Shown: positions 10,786 to 22,056, numbered from the stretch's first letter. The stretch is 32,000 nt of DNA from Desulfobulbus propionicus DSM 2032 (GCF_000186885.1 NC_014972.1:390001-422000), one strand, 5' to 3'. A program made the numbers and translations. The notes: a model not told the origin generated them from the sequence alone.

Positions 10786-12180
10786 ATGCTTGACAAGACC
10801 GTTATTGAACAACTCGAGGCCCTGGTAGGAAAAGAAAATGTACTGACCGGCAAGGTCGATCTGGTGGCGTACAGCTATGATGCCACCGCCGATGTGCCGC
10901 GGCAGGTGCCGGATGTGGTCGTGTTGCCAACCAGTGCCGAAATGGTCCAGGACATCGTCCGCCTGGCCCGGCGTCACAAGATCGCCATCTATCCGCGTGG
11001 CGCCGGCACCAATCTCAGCGGCGGCACCGTGCCCCTGAAGAAGGGGATTGTCCTCTCCTTCCAGAAAATGAACAAGATCCTGGAGATCGATGCCGCCAAC
11101 CTCACCGCCGTGGTCCAGCCCGGGGTGGTGATCAATGCCCTCAACACCGCTGTCGCGTCCCATGGGCTGATCTATCCGCCCGATCCGGGCACGGTGGCCA
11201 CCGCCACCATGGGCGGCTCGGCGGCGGAAAACTCCGGCGGCCTGCGCGGCCTCAAGTACGGCGTGACCAAAAATTACATCATGGGTATGGAAGTGGTGCT
11301 GGCCAGCGGCGACAAGGTCCGCTTCGGCGGCAAAACCGTGAAGAACGTCACTGCCTATGATTTTTCCAACCTCTTTGTCGGTTCGGAAGGGACGCTCGGC
11401 ATCATCACCGAACTGACCGCCAAACTGATCCCCGCCCCGAAATTTCGCCGCACCATGACCGGTGAGTTCAAAACCCTGGCCGATGCGGGCAATGCCGTGG
11501 CCGGGATCATCGCCGCCCAGGTCATTCCCGCCACGCTTGAAATCATGGATCGGATGACCATTCAAACCGTCGAGGATTTCGCCCATATCGGCCTGCCGGT
11601 GGATGCCGAGGCCCTGTTGCTCATCGAGGTGGACGGCATGTCCGAGGATGTGGTCAACGCCGAAGCCGAGGCGGTGATGCGGGTGGTGACCGAGAATAAC
11701 GGCAATCTCAGAACGGCGAATACCGATCAGGAGCGCGACCAGCTGTGGACCGCGCGCCGCAACGCCTTGCCGGCCCTGGCTTCGCTCAACAACACCGTCA
11801 TCCTTGAGGATGCCACCGTGCCGCGTTCGCGCATCACCGACATGCTCATCGCCTGTCAGGACATCGGCAAGAAATATGCATTGACGCTCGGCACCTTTGG
11901 GCATGCCGGCGACGGCAATCTCCATCCCACCATCCTCTGCGACAAGAACAACCAGGACGAAATGAGCCGGATGCACAAGGCGGTCGACGAGATTTTCGAG
12001 GCAGCCCTGCATTTTGGCGGCACCTTGTCCGGCGAACATGGTATCGGCATGGCAAAAATGAAGTATCTCGGCGATGAGCTCGGTCAGAGCGGCCTGGACC
12101 TGATGCGCAGCATCAAGGAGTCGCTGGACCCCGAGTACGTGCTCAATCCGGGCAAGATGGTTCCTGTGCGGGAGAACTGA
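10786..12180 (+). CDS. glcD: FAD-linked D-lactate/glycolate dehydrogenase subunit (GlcD-like)
   Basis: ATG at 10786 with AAGGAG upstream; FAD_binding_4 motif PRGAGTNLSGG, GLIYPPDPGTVATATMGGSAAENSGGLRGLKYGVTKNYI, C-terminal GEHGIGMAKMKYL, LNPGKM. Confidence 0.93.
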   Translation: MLDKTVIEQLEALVGKENVLTGKVDLVAYSYDATADVPRQVPDVVVLPTSAEMVQDIVRLARRHKIAIYPRGAGTNLSGGTVPLKKGIVLSFQKMNKILEIDAANLTAVVQPGVVINALNTAVASHGLIYPPDPGTVATATMGGSAAENSGGLRGLKYGVTKNYIMGMEVVLASGDKVRFGGKTVKNVTAYDFSNLFVGSEGTLGIITELTAKLIPAPKFRRTMTGEFKTLADAGNAVAGIIAAQVIPATLEIMDRMTIQTVEDFAHIGLPVDAEALLLIEVDGMSEDVVNAEAEAVMRVVTENNGNLRTANTDQERDQLWTARRNALPALASLNNTVILEDATVPRSRITDMLIACQDIGKKYALTLGTFGHAGDGNLHPTILCDKNNQDEMSRMHKAVDEIFEAALHFGGTLSGEHGIGMAKMKYLGDELGQSGLDLMRSIKESLDPEYVLNPGKMVPVREN

Positions 12181-12183
12181 ATC

Positions 12184-13539
12184 ATGGCGGTCACAGAAGA
12201 CAAGGCCCGGGTGGTACGGGCTGGAAAAACCTACCACGACGATCTGGCCATCGTCCGCGAGGAACTCGACAAATGCATGAAGTGCGGCAACTGCATGGCC
12301 GTGTGTCCGGTGTACGGGGCGGATAAGCTGGAAACCTCCGTCACCCGCTCCAAGATCGCGGTGGCCGAGGCCGTGCTCGACGGTCAGCTGGAACTCGACG
12401 ATCCCCAGGTCTATGAGATGCTGTTTAACTGTTTGGTGTGCAAATCCTGCATGACCAACTGCCCGACCAAGGTCAATTTCGGCCGGATCATCCTGGCCCT
12501 GCGGGCTGCCTTGGTGCGCAAGAACGGCCTACCCTGGCTGAAGAAGGCAATTTTTTCCACCCTCAAGCATCCCTCGCTGTTTGATACCAGCATGCGGATC
12601 GGGGCGGCCCTCCAAGGATTGGCCTTCAAGACCGACCAAGGCGGCAAGGCTATCTCGCCCCGCGCCCCCTTTGCCAAGGTGGGGGGGCCGATTGGCCTCG
12701 ACAGCGAGCGACAGATGCCGGCCCTGAACGTCACTCCGTTGCGGGACCGGGTGGACGACGTGGTCAAGGTGGCGGGCAGCACGATGAAGGTGGCTTTCTT
12801 TACCGGCGATTCCTTGAACTATTTCTACCCCGAGGCCGGCCAGGATCTGATCGAGGTCCTGAGTGCCAACCAGATCGAGGTCCATATCCCCAAAGGGCAG
12901 AACTGCTGCGGCGTGCCGGTGCTGGTTCATGGCGACATCGACACCGTGCGCAAGCTGGCCCGCGCCAATATCGATGCCTTCGAGGCGACGGGTTGTGAAT
13001 ACCTGATTACCGGCTGCGGCTCCTGCGGTAGCGCCTGGCAGCATGACTACACCGAGATTCTGGCCGCCGACCCGGTTTACGGTCCCAAGGCCGAATACTG
13101 GGCCAAGCGGACGTACGACATCTCCACGTTCCTCACCCGGGTGATCACCTTGCGCGAACCCAAGGGACGGGTGGAACGGGTGGTCACCTACCACGATTCC
13201 TGCCATTTGAAAAAGGCAATGAAGGTTTCTGCCGAACCACGCGAGATCCTCAACGTCATCCCCGGTCTCACCTTCAAGGAAATGTCGGCGCCGGACGCCT
13301 GTTGCGGCAGCGGTGGCTCCTTTGTCCTCTCCCACTACGAGACGGCGAGCACCATCGGCCGTAAAAAAGCCGACGACATCAACCGCACCGGCGCCGATAC
13401 CGTATCCACGGGGTGTCCGGCCTGCATGATGCAACTGCTGGATAATGTCCATCGCAGCGGCGGCCAGCAAAAGATCATCCACTACATCTCCTTGCTGGCT
13501 GAGTCGTATCGGAAGGAGAAAGAGGGGGCCCGTTCCTGA
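12184..13539 (+). CDS. glcF: Fe-S subunit of D-lactate/glycolate oxidase (GlcF-like)
   Basis: CMKCGNCMAVCPVYG and CLVCKSCMTNCPTK ferredoxin motifs; CCG domains NCCGVPV, YHDSCHLKKAM, CCGSGGSF, CPACMMQL. Confidence 0.92.
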   Translation: MAVTEDKARVVRAGKTYHDDLAIVREELDKCMKCGNCMAVCPVYGADKLETSVTRSKIAVAEAVLDGQLELDDPQVYEMLFNCLVCKSCMTNCPTKVNFGRIILALRAALVRKNGLPWLKKAIFSTLKHPSLFDTSMRIGAALQGLAFKTDQGGKAISPRAPFAKVGGPIGLDSERQMPALNVTPLRDRVDDVVKVAGSTMKVAFFTGDSLNYFYPEAGQDLIEVLSANQIEVHIPKGQNCCGVPVLVHGDIDTVRKLARANIDAFEATGCEYLITGCGSCGSAWQHDYTEILAADPVYGPKAEYWAKRTYDISTFLTRVITLREPKGRVERVVTYHDSCHLKKAMKVSAEPREILNVIPGLTFKEMSAPDACCGSGGSFVLSHYETASTIGRKKADDINRTGADTVSTGCPACMMQLLDNVHRSGGQQKIIHYISLLAESYRKEKEGARS

Positions 13540-13564
13540 GCGGGAGCGTTCTCCGGAGACACAA

Positions 13565-13605
13565 GAAAAAAGGGGAAAGGATGTTACATCCTTTCCCCTT
13601 TTTTC
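13565..13605. terminator. strong bidirectional terminator
   Basis: GAAAAAAGGGGAAAGGATG-TTA-CATCCTTTCCCCTTTTTTC, perfect 19 bp arms. Confidence 0.9.
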
Positions 13606-13802
13606 ATCTCTTGTGCTGGCCAGTCCTTTGTTTTTCTTTCCTCGTCAACAGGACGATGGGGTCTTCCCTACCGACCGAGCACGGTGAAGAGGACCCTCTC
13701 CTCATGGCCTGTTTTGTTTTCTTTTGACCAAAACGGGTGGTGCTGCCCCGTACTCTATCATGTTGCGCTGTCTGCCCGGTGCCGGTTCAAAGTGCAACGG
13801 TA

Positions 13803-15350
13803 TTACTGTCCGGTCGGGAAAATGGCCAGATAGCCGACCTGTTCTCCCGGATGTTTCATTTCCCGATCTTTTGACCGTTCCTCCTGGATTTTTATCTGAA
13901 ATCCTTCGGTGGTTATTTTCTTTACACGCAAGGTGGATGGCTCCGCATTGGCCAGGGTTTGCAGGCTAGCCAGGACCAGGGGCGGTTGTCTGAAGGCGCT
14001 CTGAAAGCGGGCCTTGGACCAAGAACTGGAAACCAGCTTGCCGGTGGACGATGCCTCGAATCGGACCATTCCGGTTGCACCTATGCCCGGTTGCCAGGCC
14101 ACGTAATGCACGGTTTCGTTGCGATGATCAGCGCGAAGGTTGCTCTCTTGTTCCTGGAAAAAGTAGGTGAATCCGGAACGGTTGATGTTGTGAACCCGGC
14201 CGGCGATGGATTCGGCCTCATTGGTTGAGGTGACGGTGGTCAAGACCACGGGAACGGCTTGAAAGGTTTTACTAAAGGAGATCGGTCGCGCAGTGGCTGA
14301 ACCGGTGAAACTTCCGGCCTCGACCACGGAACCGTTGTTCAAGGTGATCCTTCCCTTTTCCATGACTAGATAGCTGATGGTTTCTTCCGGGTGTTTGTCG
14401 TCCTGATAGGTCCATTCTGCAATCCGGACATCAAAACCGGTGGCGGTGACATTGCGAGTACGGACGCCGCAGGGCGCACTGTTGGAGAAATTTGGTGGTC
14501 CAACCACCAGGATGGGATTGCTGTAGCGCGAGGCAAAAGGAACGTGGACCCAATTGCTGGTAATTCCGATCTCGCCCGCTTCAAGGGCCAACCTGGCGGC
14601 TCCAGTCCCGGCCGTGTTCCGGTTGTTGGCGGTTGTGGTCGAGGAGGAGGTAGCAGTCGTTGCCTCACTCGGTGTGGTTGCGGAGACAGTGCGGGAGGGC
14701 ACCGATGTAGAGCTATTGTTCGAGGTGGCCTGGCGAGCGCTGACCGGCGTGGTAACCACGATGGGGGTGCTGGCCTTGCTTGTTCCGCCCTGACTGTCTT
14801 CGATGGTTAGGGTGGTGGTATAGGTACCCGCCTCGGTGAAGGTGTGGGAGGTTCTGGCGCCGGTGGCCTTGAAACCGTCGCCAAAATTCCAAGAGTAGGA
14901 GATGATCGAGCTCCGATTGGCAGCCGTCGAGCCGGACCCGTCAAAGGAGATGGTCAACGGGTTTGTCCCTGCCGCGGTACTTGAGGAGAGGACAGCTGTG
15001 GATACCCTGCTGGTGGAGGCGCCCGTTGTCCCGGAACTGCCTGCTTTGGAGCTGGTAAAGGCGAACGGCGCGGAATGCGGACTTTCGGTTCCATCCGTGA
15101 AGGCGGCGGTCAGGGTGAAATGGGTGATGTCGGTCGTTAGAGTAACCGCGCAATCCATGGCCGTTGCCTTGGGGTTTTTGACTTGACAGACAAAACTTCC
15201 TTCCTGATACAGCTTGAAACCGCTGACCGCCGGGGTGCTCGGAGGCGTATATCCCCATTCGACATGGATGGATTGGGTCGCGGCCGCAGCGGGAATACAG
15301 GCCAGGCCATGCAGGGCCAGAAGGAAAAGTGCATAGAGAAGACGAGACAT
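13803..15350 (-). CDS. secreted PKD-domain protein with repeated C-terminal beta-type modules
   Basis: signal peptide MSRLLYALFLLALHGLACIPAAAA; PKD-like NPLTISFDGSGSTAANRSSIISYSWNFGDGFKATGARTSHTFTEAGTYTTTLTIEDSQGG; WVHVPFASRYSNPILVVGPPNF...FDVRIAEWTY. Confidence 0.8.
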   Translation of the reverse strand: MSRLLYALFLLALHGLACIPAAAATQSIHVEWGYTPPSTPAVSGFKLYQEGSFVCQVKNPKATAMDCAVTLTTDITHFTLTAAFTDGTESPHSAPFAFTSSKAGSSGTTGASTSRVSTAVLSSSTAAGTNPLTISFDGSGSTAANRSSIISYSWNFGDGFKATGARTSHTFTEAGTYTTTLTIEDSQGGTSKASTPIVVTTPVSARQATSNNSSTSVPSRTVSATTPSEATTATSSSTTTANNRNTAGTGAARLALEAGEIGITSNWVHVPFASRYSNPILVVGPPNFSNSAPCGVRTRNVTATGFDVRIAEWTYQDDKHPEETISYLVMEKGRITLNNGSVVEAGSFTGSATARPISFSKTFQAVPVVLTTVTSTNEAESIAGRVHNINRSGFTYFFQEQESNLRADHRNETVHYVAWQPGIGATGMVRFEASSTGKLVSSSWSKARFQSAFRQPPLVLASLQTLANAEPSTLRVKKITTEGFQIKIQEERSKDREMKHPGEQVGYLAIFPTGQ

Positions 15351-15394
15351 AGAAGGCATCGGGTAAAGTATTGATGGGGGAAGGAGAAACAGAT

Positions 15395-15913
15395 TCACCA
15401 TTGTTCCCCATGTACAAGGTTTGGATTGTAGCGGGTGCGGGCCGGACTGTCCTGGGCCGGCCAACCGAGGGCGATGGCGGACACCGGAATGATGGTTTCG
15501 GGGAGAGAGAACGTCCGCGAGACGGCCGCAATCCGCTCCTCGCGGGGATGGATGCCCAGCCAGCAGGCGCCCAAGCCCAGGGCATTGGCCGCCAGGAGAA
15601 TGTTTTCGATCGCGGCGCTTACATCCTGCAATAAAAAAGAGAGCTCCCGGTCATGGGCCCGGTCGATGTCGCCACACACCACCAGGGCGGCGGCGGCCCC
15701 GCCGAGCATCTTGCCATTGGGGAGACAGGCGGCCAGCTGGTCCAAGGAACCACGGGTGCGCAGGACGAGAAAATGCCAGGGATCCTTGGCCACCGCGGAA
15801 GGCGCGGCCATGGCCGCTTCCAGCAGGTCGGTGATCATGCTGTCCGGTACTTCCTTTTGGGTGAAGGTGCGAATGCTGCGTCGCGAAAAGATGAAATGCA
15901 GTTTGGGGTTCAT
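15395..15913 (-). CDS. nitroreductase family protein
   Basis: FSRRSIRTFTQKEVPDSMITDLLEAAMAAPSAVAKDPWHFLVLR, ALGLGACWLGIHP; preferred start MNPKLHFIF at 15913. Confidence 0.88.
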   Translation of the reverse strand: MNPKLHFIFSRRSIRTFTQKEVPDSMITDLLEAAMAAPSAVAKDPWHFLVLRTRGSLDQLAACLPNGKMLGGAAAALVVCGDIDRAHDRELSFLLQDVSAAIENILLAANALGLGACWLGIHPREERIAAVSRTFSLPETIIPVSAIALGWPAQDSPARTRYNPNLVHGEQW

Positions 15914-15962
15914 GGGGCCTCCCGAAGTACGTTCAAGGTGTTGGTGCGTGGGGGCGGCGGAG

Positions 15963-16634
15963 TCAGACCGTGGTCCGACGCTGGTCGCCTTGATACTGGC
16001 GGCATTCCTCCAGGTAGCAGCCGATGATCTCCACCACGGCCTCGGGGGTGTCGACCAGGTGAAACAGATCCAGATCCTCCGGGGCAATGGATCTGTGGGG
16101 GAGCATCTCCGCCCGGATCCAGTCGAGCAACCCCTGCCAGTAGCTGGTGCCAAAGAGGACGATGGGAAACCGGCGAATCTTTTTGGTCTGGATCAGGGTC
16201 AAGGACTCGAAAAATTCATCCATCGTACCGAAACCGCCGGGGAAAATGACATAGGCCATGGCGTAGCGAACAAACATCAGCTTGCGGATGAAAAAATAGC
16301 GAAAGGTGAGGCTGCGGTTCTGAAAGTGGTTGGGGTGCTGCTCCCGGGGCAGAATGATGTTCAGCCCGACCGAGGTGCCGCCTGCCTCGAAGCAGCCACG
16401 GCTGGCCGCCTCCATGATCCCGGGGCCGCCGCCGGTGATCACCGCCAGATTCTGCTGGACCAGCAGCCCCGCCGTTTCTCGGGCGGCGATATAATAGGGG
16501 GAATTCTCACCAAAACGGGCGCCGCCGAAAACCGACACAGCGGGCCCGAGATCGTTGAGGGTTTCGATACCATCGATCAGTTCGGCCTGGATGCGGAAAA
16601 TCCGCCAGGCTTCCGAGGTTTTCAGGTCATCCAT
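15963..16634 (-). CDS. LOG-family protein (TIGR00730-like)
   Basis: SVFGGARF...AVITGGGPGIMEAASRGCFEAGG...PGGFGTMDEFFESLTLIQTKK. Confidence 0.9.
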   Translation of the reverse strand: MDDLKTSEAWRIFRIQAELIDGIETLNDLGPAVSVFGGARFGENSPYYIAARETAGLLVQQNLAVITGGGPGIMEAASRGCFEAGGTSVGLNIILPREQHPNHFQNRSLTFRYFFIRKLMFVRYAMAYVIFPGGFGTMDEFFESLTLIQTKKIRRFPIVLFGTSYWQGLLDWIRAEMLPHRSIAPEDLDLFHLVDTPEAVVEIIGCYLEECRQYQGDQRRTTV

Positions 16635-16734
16635 GAAAAAACGAAGAAGACGGCCGATGGGAAGGTGATCCTTCCCATCGGTCAGGAGTTGTCAACCGAG
16701 CCGTCGACCGCGGACGGCCGGCGGCAGAGAGGAA

Positions 16735-18354
16735 TTACAGCAGGCCCTTGAAAAAGTCGTTGCCCTTGTCGTCGACCAGGATGAAGGCCGGGAAGTCAAC
16801 CACTTCGATCTTCCATACCGCTTCCATGCCCAGTTCCGGATAGTCGATGCACTCGACCTTCTTGATGTTCTCCTCGGCCAGCAGGGCGGCAGGGCCGCCG
16901 ATGGAGCCGAGGTAGAAGCCGCCATGCTTCTTGCAAGCATCGGTCACCTGCTGCGAGCGGTTGCCCTTGGCGATCATCACCATGGAGCCGCCGTTGGCCT
17001 GGAACAGATCGACATAGCTGTCCATGCGGCCGGCCGTGGTCGGGCCGAAGGAACCGGACGGTTTGCCGGGCGGGGTCTTGGCAGGGCCGGCATAGTAGAC
17101 CGGATGATTCTTGAGATAATCGGGCAACGGCTTACCGGCGTCGAGCAACTCTTTCCACTTGGCGTGGGCGATGTCGCGGCCGACGATGATGGTCCCGGTG
17201 AGCGAAAGAACCGTGGAGACCGGGTGCTTGGTCAGCTCGGCGAGCACGTTCTTGATCGGCTGGTTGAGATCGATCTTCACCTGATGGCCGCCTTTGCGGT
17301 CACGGTACTCGGCCGGAATCAGGCGGCCGGGGTTGTCGTCCATCTGCTCGATCCAGAGGCCATCCTTGTTGATCTTGGCCTTGATGTTGCGGTCGGCGGA
17401 GCAGGAAACGCCCATGCCCACCGGGCAGGAGGCGCCGTGGCGGCTCATGCGGATGACGCGGATGTCGTGGGCAAAATACTTGCCGCCAAACTGGGCGCCA
17501 AGACCGAGTTTCTGGGCTTCGACCAGCAATTCTTGCTCCAGTTCCACATCACGGAAGGAGCGGCCGAGTTCATTGCCGCTGGTGGGCAGATTGTCCAGGT
17601 ATTTGGCCGAGGCCAGTTTCACGGTTTTCAGGCAGGTTTCAGCACTGGTGCCACCGATGACAAAGGCGATGTGGTACGGCGGGCAGGCGGCGGTACCGAG
17701 CGTCTTCATCTTCTCCACCAGGAATTTCTTCAGGGTGCCTGGGTTGAGCAGGGCCTTGGTCTCCTGATAGAGATAGGTCTTGTTGGCGCTGCCGCCGCCT
17801 TTCGCCAGGAAGAGGAACTTGTATTCCGCACCTTGCGTGGCATAGATGTCGATCTGGGCCGGCAGGTTGGTCTTGGTGTTGACCTCTTCGTACATGGTCA
17901 GCGGCGCATTCTGGGAATAGCGGAGATTCTCCTCGGTGTAGGTGGTGTAGACGCCGGCCGAAATCATCTCGGCATCGTCGCATCCGGTCCACACGTTCTG
18001 CCCCTTCTTGGCGACAACACAGGCGGTGCCGGTATCTTGGCAGACCGGCAGCACATAGCTGGCGGCTACCTCGGCGTTGCGCAACATGGCGTAGGCGACT
18101 TCCTTGTCGTTGCGCGAGGACTCGGGATCAGCGAAAATCTTGGCCACCTGCTCGTTATGCGCCGGACGGAGGCGGAACGACACCTCGCGCATGGCTTGGT
18201 TGGCCAGCACCTTCAGTCCTTCCGGGTCGATCTTGAGGACTTCCTGACCGTTGAAGGTTTCGGTGGACACATACTTGCTGGACCCCTCCAACAAACGGAA
18301 TTGGGTCTCATCTTTACCGAGGGGGAAGGGATCCTGATACACAAAACCTGCCAT
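16735..18354 (-). CDS. fumA: fumarate hydratase class I
   Basis: start [22 protein letters not shown] at 18354 with AAGGAG upstream; [83 protein letters not shown]. Confidence 0.93.
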   Translation of the reverse strand: MAGFVYQDPFPLGKDETQFRLLEGSSKYVSTETFNGQEVLKIDPEGLKVLANQAMREVSFRLRPAHNEQVAKIFADPESSRNDKEVAYAMLRNAEVAASYVLPVCQDTGTACVVAKKGQNVWTGCDDAEMISAGVYTTYTEENLRYSQNAPLTMYEEVNTKTNLPAQIDIYATQGAEYKFLFLAKGGGSANKTYLYQETKALLNPGTLKKFLVEKMKTLGTAACPPYHIAFVIGGTSAETCLKTVKLASAKYLDNLPTSGNELGRSFRDVELEQELLVEAQKLGLGAQFGGKYFAHDIRVIRMSRHGASCPVGMGVSCSADRNIKAKINKDGLWIEQMDDNPGRLIPAEYRDRKGGHQVKIDLNQPIKNVLAELTKHPVSTVLSLTGTIIVGRDIAHAKWKELLDAGKPLPDYLKNHPVYYAGPAKTPPGKPSGSFGPTTAGRMDSYVDLFQANGGSMVMIAKGNRSQQVTDACKKHGGFYLGSIGGPAALLAEENIKKVECIDYPELGMEAVWKIEVVDFPAFILVDDKGNDFFKGLL

Positions 18355-18730
18355 AATGGTGCTCCTTGTTTGAATGAAAAGACAATGTATGAGGGATCGC
18401 CCGGATAACCGGCCGACCATCCGACAAACAAACAACCGCTCGCTGTGCCATCGCCTTGGCCACGGAGCATTCACCCGTTAAGCGCCGAGGGGATGTTATC
18501 GCTTCTTCCACACCACATCCATCACCGCAGCGGTGGACGGAACAATTCGCTTCGAGGCATTCCGGCGTCGGGAAATTGTTCAACCGTACCTTTTACCCTG
18601 CGAAGCCGACAAAGGCAAGACTGGAAAACCGGGCAATTGGCGCGATTGAGAGCGGTGTTCGGCGGCAAGGGGATGGGCGAAACCCTGGCGAACCTGTCGC
18701 GGTGGCCTGGTTCGGGGCCACAAACCGGCC

Positions 18731-19882
18731 CTAGACCAGTTCGGCCATCACCCGGTTGGCCAGGGGTAGGCCCGTGGGCGAGAGACGGAGGCGGTCGTGT
18801 TCAAGGATCACCAATCCCTGATCGAGCAGCCGCGACAGGGTGGGGCCGTAATAGGTTGGGAGATGGATGGCGAATCGCTGCGCAAGAGCGCTGATCGATA
18901 CACCTGCCAGCAGGCGCAATCCCATGATCACGGTTTCGCGGAAGGCGGCTTCGGCATCCAACCGCTCTGTCGTCTGCCAAACGGTTTGCCCGGTGGCGAT
19001 CCAATGGCAATAGGCAGCGAGGTCGGCAACGGCGGTTCGGCGCTGGCCGCCGAAAGCGGCAACTGCACCCGGTCCCAGGCCAAGATACCAGCCATTTTGC
19101 CAGTAGTTGCGGTTGTGGGCGCATTCAAGGCCGGGCAGGGCGTAGTTGGATATTTCATACCGATGGAGGCCGTGGCGGCCGACGGTGCGGTCGATCGCCG
19201 TCATCATGGCCAGTACCTCGTCCTCTGGGGGCAGGGTCCACTGCCGCTGGGCGAGTTGCCGGGCAAAAGGAGTGTGCTCCTCCACGGTCAGCTCATAGAG
19301 CGAGCAGTGGTCGATGCCGGCAGCCAGGATCCGTTCCAATCCGCGCTGCCAGGAGTTCACCGTTTGCCCCGGCAGACCGTACATCAGGTCGGCGCTGCAG
19401 TTCTCGAAGCCGGCCTCGCGGGCGGCGGCGAGGATGGCCAGGGCCTCGTCGGCGGTGTGGATTCGGCCGAGCTGGTGCAGCTCCCGGTCGTCCAGCGATT
19501 GGATGCCGATGGAGAGACGATTGCATCCGGCCCGGTTCAACTGCCGGAGGCCTGTGGGATCGATGGTTCCGGGGTTGACCTCGATGGTGATTTCCGGCTG
19601 TTCGGTGGCGAAAGGGAACACGGCGCGGCAATCGGCCAGCAGGGTGGCCAAGGCCTCGGGTGGAAGGAGGGAAGGCGTGCCGCCGCCGAAAAAAACAGTG
19701 GCAAAGCGCAGCGCCTGGATCTCAGGCACTGCGGCCAACTGCCGCATCTGCAACCGTACTGTCTCGACATAGCGCCGGATGTCCCCGGCTTGGGGAACAA
19801 TAGAGAAAAAACTGCAGTAAGGGCACTTGCGGCGGCAGAAAGGCACATGGAGGTAAATGCCGGCTTGGGCGGCAAGGTCCAT
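18731..19882 (-). CDS. hemW: HemW-like radical SAM protein
   Basis: GIYLHVPFCRRKCPYCSFFS; FFGGGTPSLL; EVNPGTIDPTGLRQLNRAGCNRLSIGIQSLDDRELHQLGRIH; YEISNYALPG. Confidence 0.92.
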   Translation of the reverse strand: MDLAAQAGIYLHVPFCRRKCPYCSFFSIVPQAGDIRRYVETVRLQMRQLAAVPEIQALRFATVFFGGGTPSLLPPEALATLLADCRAVFPFATEQPEITIEVNPGTIDPTGLRQLNRAGCNRLSIGIQSLDDRELHQLGRIHTADEALAILAAAREAGFENCSADLMYGLPGQTVNSWQRGLERILAAGIDHCSLYELTVEEHTPFARQLAQRQWTLPPEDEVLAMMTAIDRTVGRHGLHRYEISNYALPGLECAHNRNYWQNGWYLGLGPGAVAAFGGQRRTAVADLAAYCHWIATGQTVWQTTERLDAEAAFRETVIMGLRLLAGVSISALAQRFAIHLPTYYGPTLSRLLDQGLVILEHDRLRLSPTGLPLANRVMAELV

Positions 19883-19883
19883 G

Positions 19884-20621
19884 TCAGGCGGTCCGGTCGA
19901 GCAGGCGGCGGCAGTCGGCACGGATCTTGGCCATGATTCCCTGGTCGGCGAAACTGTACACTTGATCGGAGGCGCCGATGATCAGGTGGTCGAGCAGGTT
20001 GATGTGCATGAACGAGCAGATCAGATGGAGGGAGCGTGTGAGCTCTTCATCCTGGCGGGAGGGGGTGAGGCTGCCCGAGGGATGGTTGTGGGCGATCACC
20101 AGGGCGCTGGCATTGCGGGCCAGGGCGGCCTTGACCAGCTCGCGCGGGTAGACGGTATTGACCGTGACCGTGCCCTCGGCCACCACGGCCGCGTCGATGA
20201 TGCCGTGGGCGGCGTCGAGGAAGACCACGGTCAATACTTCGTGTTGCAGGCCGCGCATGGAGTGGATCAGATAGTCGGCCACCTCGCGGGAGGAGTGGAC
20301 ATACTGCTTGCCAACGATGCGCTGGCGCAGGTAGCGCCGGGCCACCCCCTGGATGAACTGGAGGGCGAAGATGTTCTTCGGACCGATCCCCTTGATCTGC
20401 TGTAACTGGATCGGCGAGGCGTCGAGCACGGCGGGCAGGGATTTGAACTGGGCCAGCGCCGCGCGCGCCGCCTCCTTGCAATCGGAGCGCGGTGTGCCGA
20501 AGGTCAGCAGCAGTTCGATGATTTCGCTGTCGGTGAAGGCCTCGATCCCCTGCGCCAGGAGCTTGTCGCGCAGCCGCTGGCGATGGCCCGCACCCTTGTC
20601 CTGCCAGTCACATTTATCCAC
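19884..20621 (-). CDS. radC: RadC / JAB-domain protein
   Basis: GHRQRLRDKLLAQGIEAFTDSEIIELLLTFGTPR; JAB motif LVIAHNHPSGSLTPSRQDEELT. Confidence 0.93.
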   Translation of the reverse strand: MDKCDWQDKGAGHRQRLRDKLLAQGIEAFTDSEIIELLLTFGTPRSDCKEAARAALAQFKSLPAVLDASPIQLQQIKGIGPKNIFALQFIQGVARRYLRQRIVGKQYVHSSREVADYLIHSMRGLQHEVLTVVFLDAAHGIIDAAVVAEGTVTVNTVYPRELVKAALARNASALVIAHNHPSGSLTPSRQDEELTRSLHLICSFMHINLLDHLIIGASDQVYSFADQGIMAKIRADCRRLLDRTA

Positions 20622-20628
20622 AGCGGTT

Positions 20629-22056
20629 TCAGGCGTTCAGCTCCTGGGCAAACAGCTTGTTGGCCAGCTGGGGGTTCGCCTGCCCCTTGGTCTTCTGCAT
20701 CAGTTGGCCGACGAAGAAACCCATCACCTTGGTCTTGCCATCGCGGAACTGTTGCACTTGATCCGGGTTGGCGTTGATAATTTCTCGCACCAGGGCCACC
20801 AAGGCACCCTCGTCGCTCATCTGCACCAGCCCCTTGGCCTTGACGATCGCCTCCGGATCGTCGCCGCTGGTCAGCATCTCGGTAAAGACCGTCTTGGCGA
20901 TCTTGCCCGAAATGGTGCCTTCCTCGATCAGGCGCAGCAACTTGGCCAACTGTGCCGGCCTGACCGGGCATTCGCCAATGCGTTCGGGGCCGTAGTCACG
21001 CAGGAGTTCGGTACCGATGAAGTTGGCCAGTTTTTTGGCGTTGGCAAAGTTCAGCAGGGCCTCTTCGAAATAGTCGGCCAGTTCACGGGAGGCGGTGAGA
21101 AGGGCGGCATCATAATCGGTCAGCCCAATATCACTGACAAACCGTTGCCGCCGCCGATCCGGCAGTTCGGGCAATTCGGCACGCACCTGTTCAATCCACG
21201 CCTCGTCAACCACCACCGGGATCAGGTCCGGGTCCGGAAAGTAGCGGTAGTCGTGGGCCTCTTCCTTGCCACGCATCGGCTCGGTCCGCCCCTTGTCCGG
21301 ATCCCACAGCAGGGTCTGCTGGATCACCTCGCCGCCTTCAAGCAGAACGTCGCGTTGGCGGCGGATCTCGTATTCCAGCGCCAATTGCACGTTGCGAAAC
21401 GAATTCATGTTCTTCAGCTCGGTGCGGGTACCGAACTCCTGCTGCCCTCGTGGTCGCAGCGAGATGTTGGCATCGCAGCGGAAACTGCCCTCCTGCATGT
21501 TGCCGTCGCAGATATCGAGGTAGCGGACAATGGCATGCAGTTTCTTCAAATAGGCGGCGGCCTCCTCCGGCGAGCGCAGGTCCGGTTCGCTGACGATTTC
21601 GAGCAACGGCGTGCCGGTGCGGTTGAGATCGACATAGCTGACCGGCTCGCGTTCGTCATGAACCAGCTTGCCGGCATCCTCCTCCATGTGGATGCGGGTG
21701 ATACCGATGGTCTTGGGCGTCTGGCCGTCTACCTCGATCTCGATGCGGCCGTGCTCGCAGATGGGCAGTTCGAACTGGGAGATCTGGTACCCCTTGGGCA
21801 GATCTGGATAAAAATAATTTTTGCGGGCAAAGCGGTTTTCCCGGTTGATGGTCGATTCGGTGGCCAATCCCAGCTTGATGGCCGACTCCACCACCTTACG
21901 GTTGAGCACCGGCAGCGAGCCGGGCATGCCCAGGCATACCGGGCAGGTGTGGGTGTTGGGCGGCGCGCCGAACTCGGTGGAGCAACCACAGAAAATTTTG
22001 CTCTTGGTCTTCATCTGGGCATGGATTTCCAGCCCGATCACGGTTTCAAATTCCAT
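20629..22056 (-). CDS. gatB: aspartyl/glutamyl-tRNA amidotransferase subunit B
   Basis: start [30 protein letters not shown]; [17 protein letters not shown]; [19 protein letters not shown]; EMRSPEEA-like segment; [12 protein letters not shown]. Confidence 0.97.
   Translation of the reverse strand: MEFETVIGLEIHAQMKTKSKIFCGCSTEFGAPPNTHTCPVCLGMPGSLPVLNRKVVESAIKLGLATESTINRENRFARKNYFYPDLPKGYQISQFELPICEHGRIEIEVDGQTPKTIGITRIHMEEDAGKLVHDEREPVSYVDLNRTGTPLLEIVSEPDLRSPEEAAAYLKKLHAIVRYLDICDGNMQEGSFRCDANISLRPRGQQEFGTRTELKNMNSFRNVQLALEYEIRRQRDVLLEGGEVIQQTLLWDPDKGRTEPMRGKEEAHDYRYFPDPDLIPVVVDEAWIEQVRAELPELPDRRRQRFVSDIGLTDYDAALLTASRELADYFEEALLNFANAKKLANFIGTELLRDYGPERIGECPVRPAQLAKLLRLIEEGTISGKIAKTVFTEMLTSGDDPEAIVKAKGLVQMSDEGALVALVREIINANPDQVQQFRDGKTKVMGFFVGQLMQKTKGQANPQLANKLFAQELNA

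Noticed and set aside
10762-12237. 491 aa minus-strand ORF
   Set aside because: Antisense of the glcD-like gene; composition only, no domain signal.
16924-18408. 494 aa plus-strand ORF
   Set aside because: Antisense of class I fumarase.
18475-18730. Several short ORFs on both strands between fumarase and hemW
   Set aside because: No ribosome binding sites or recognisable proteins; probably intergenic sequence.
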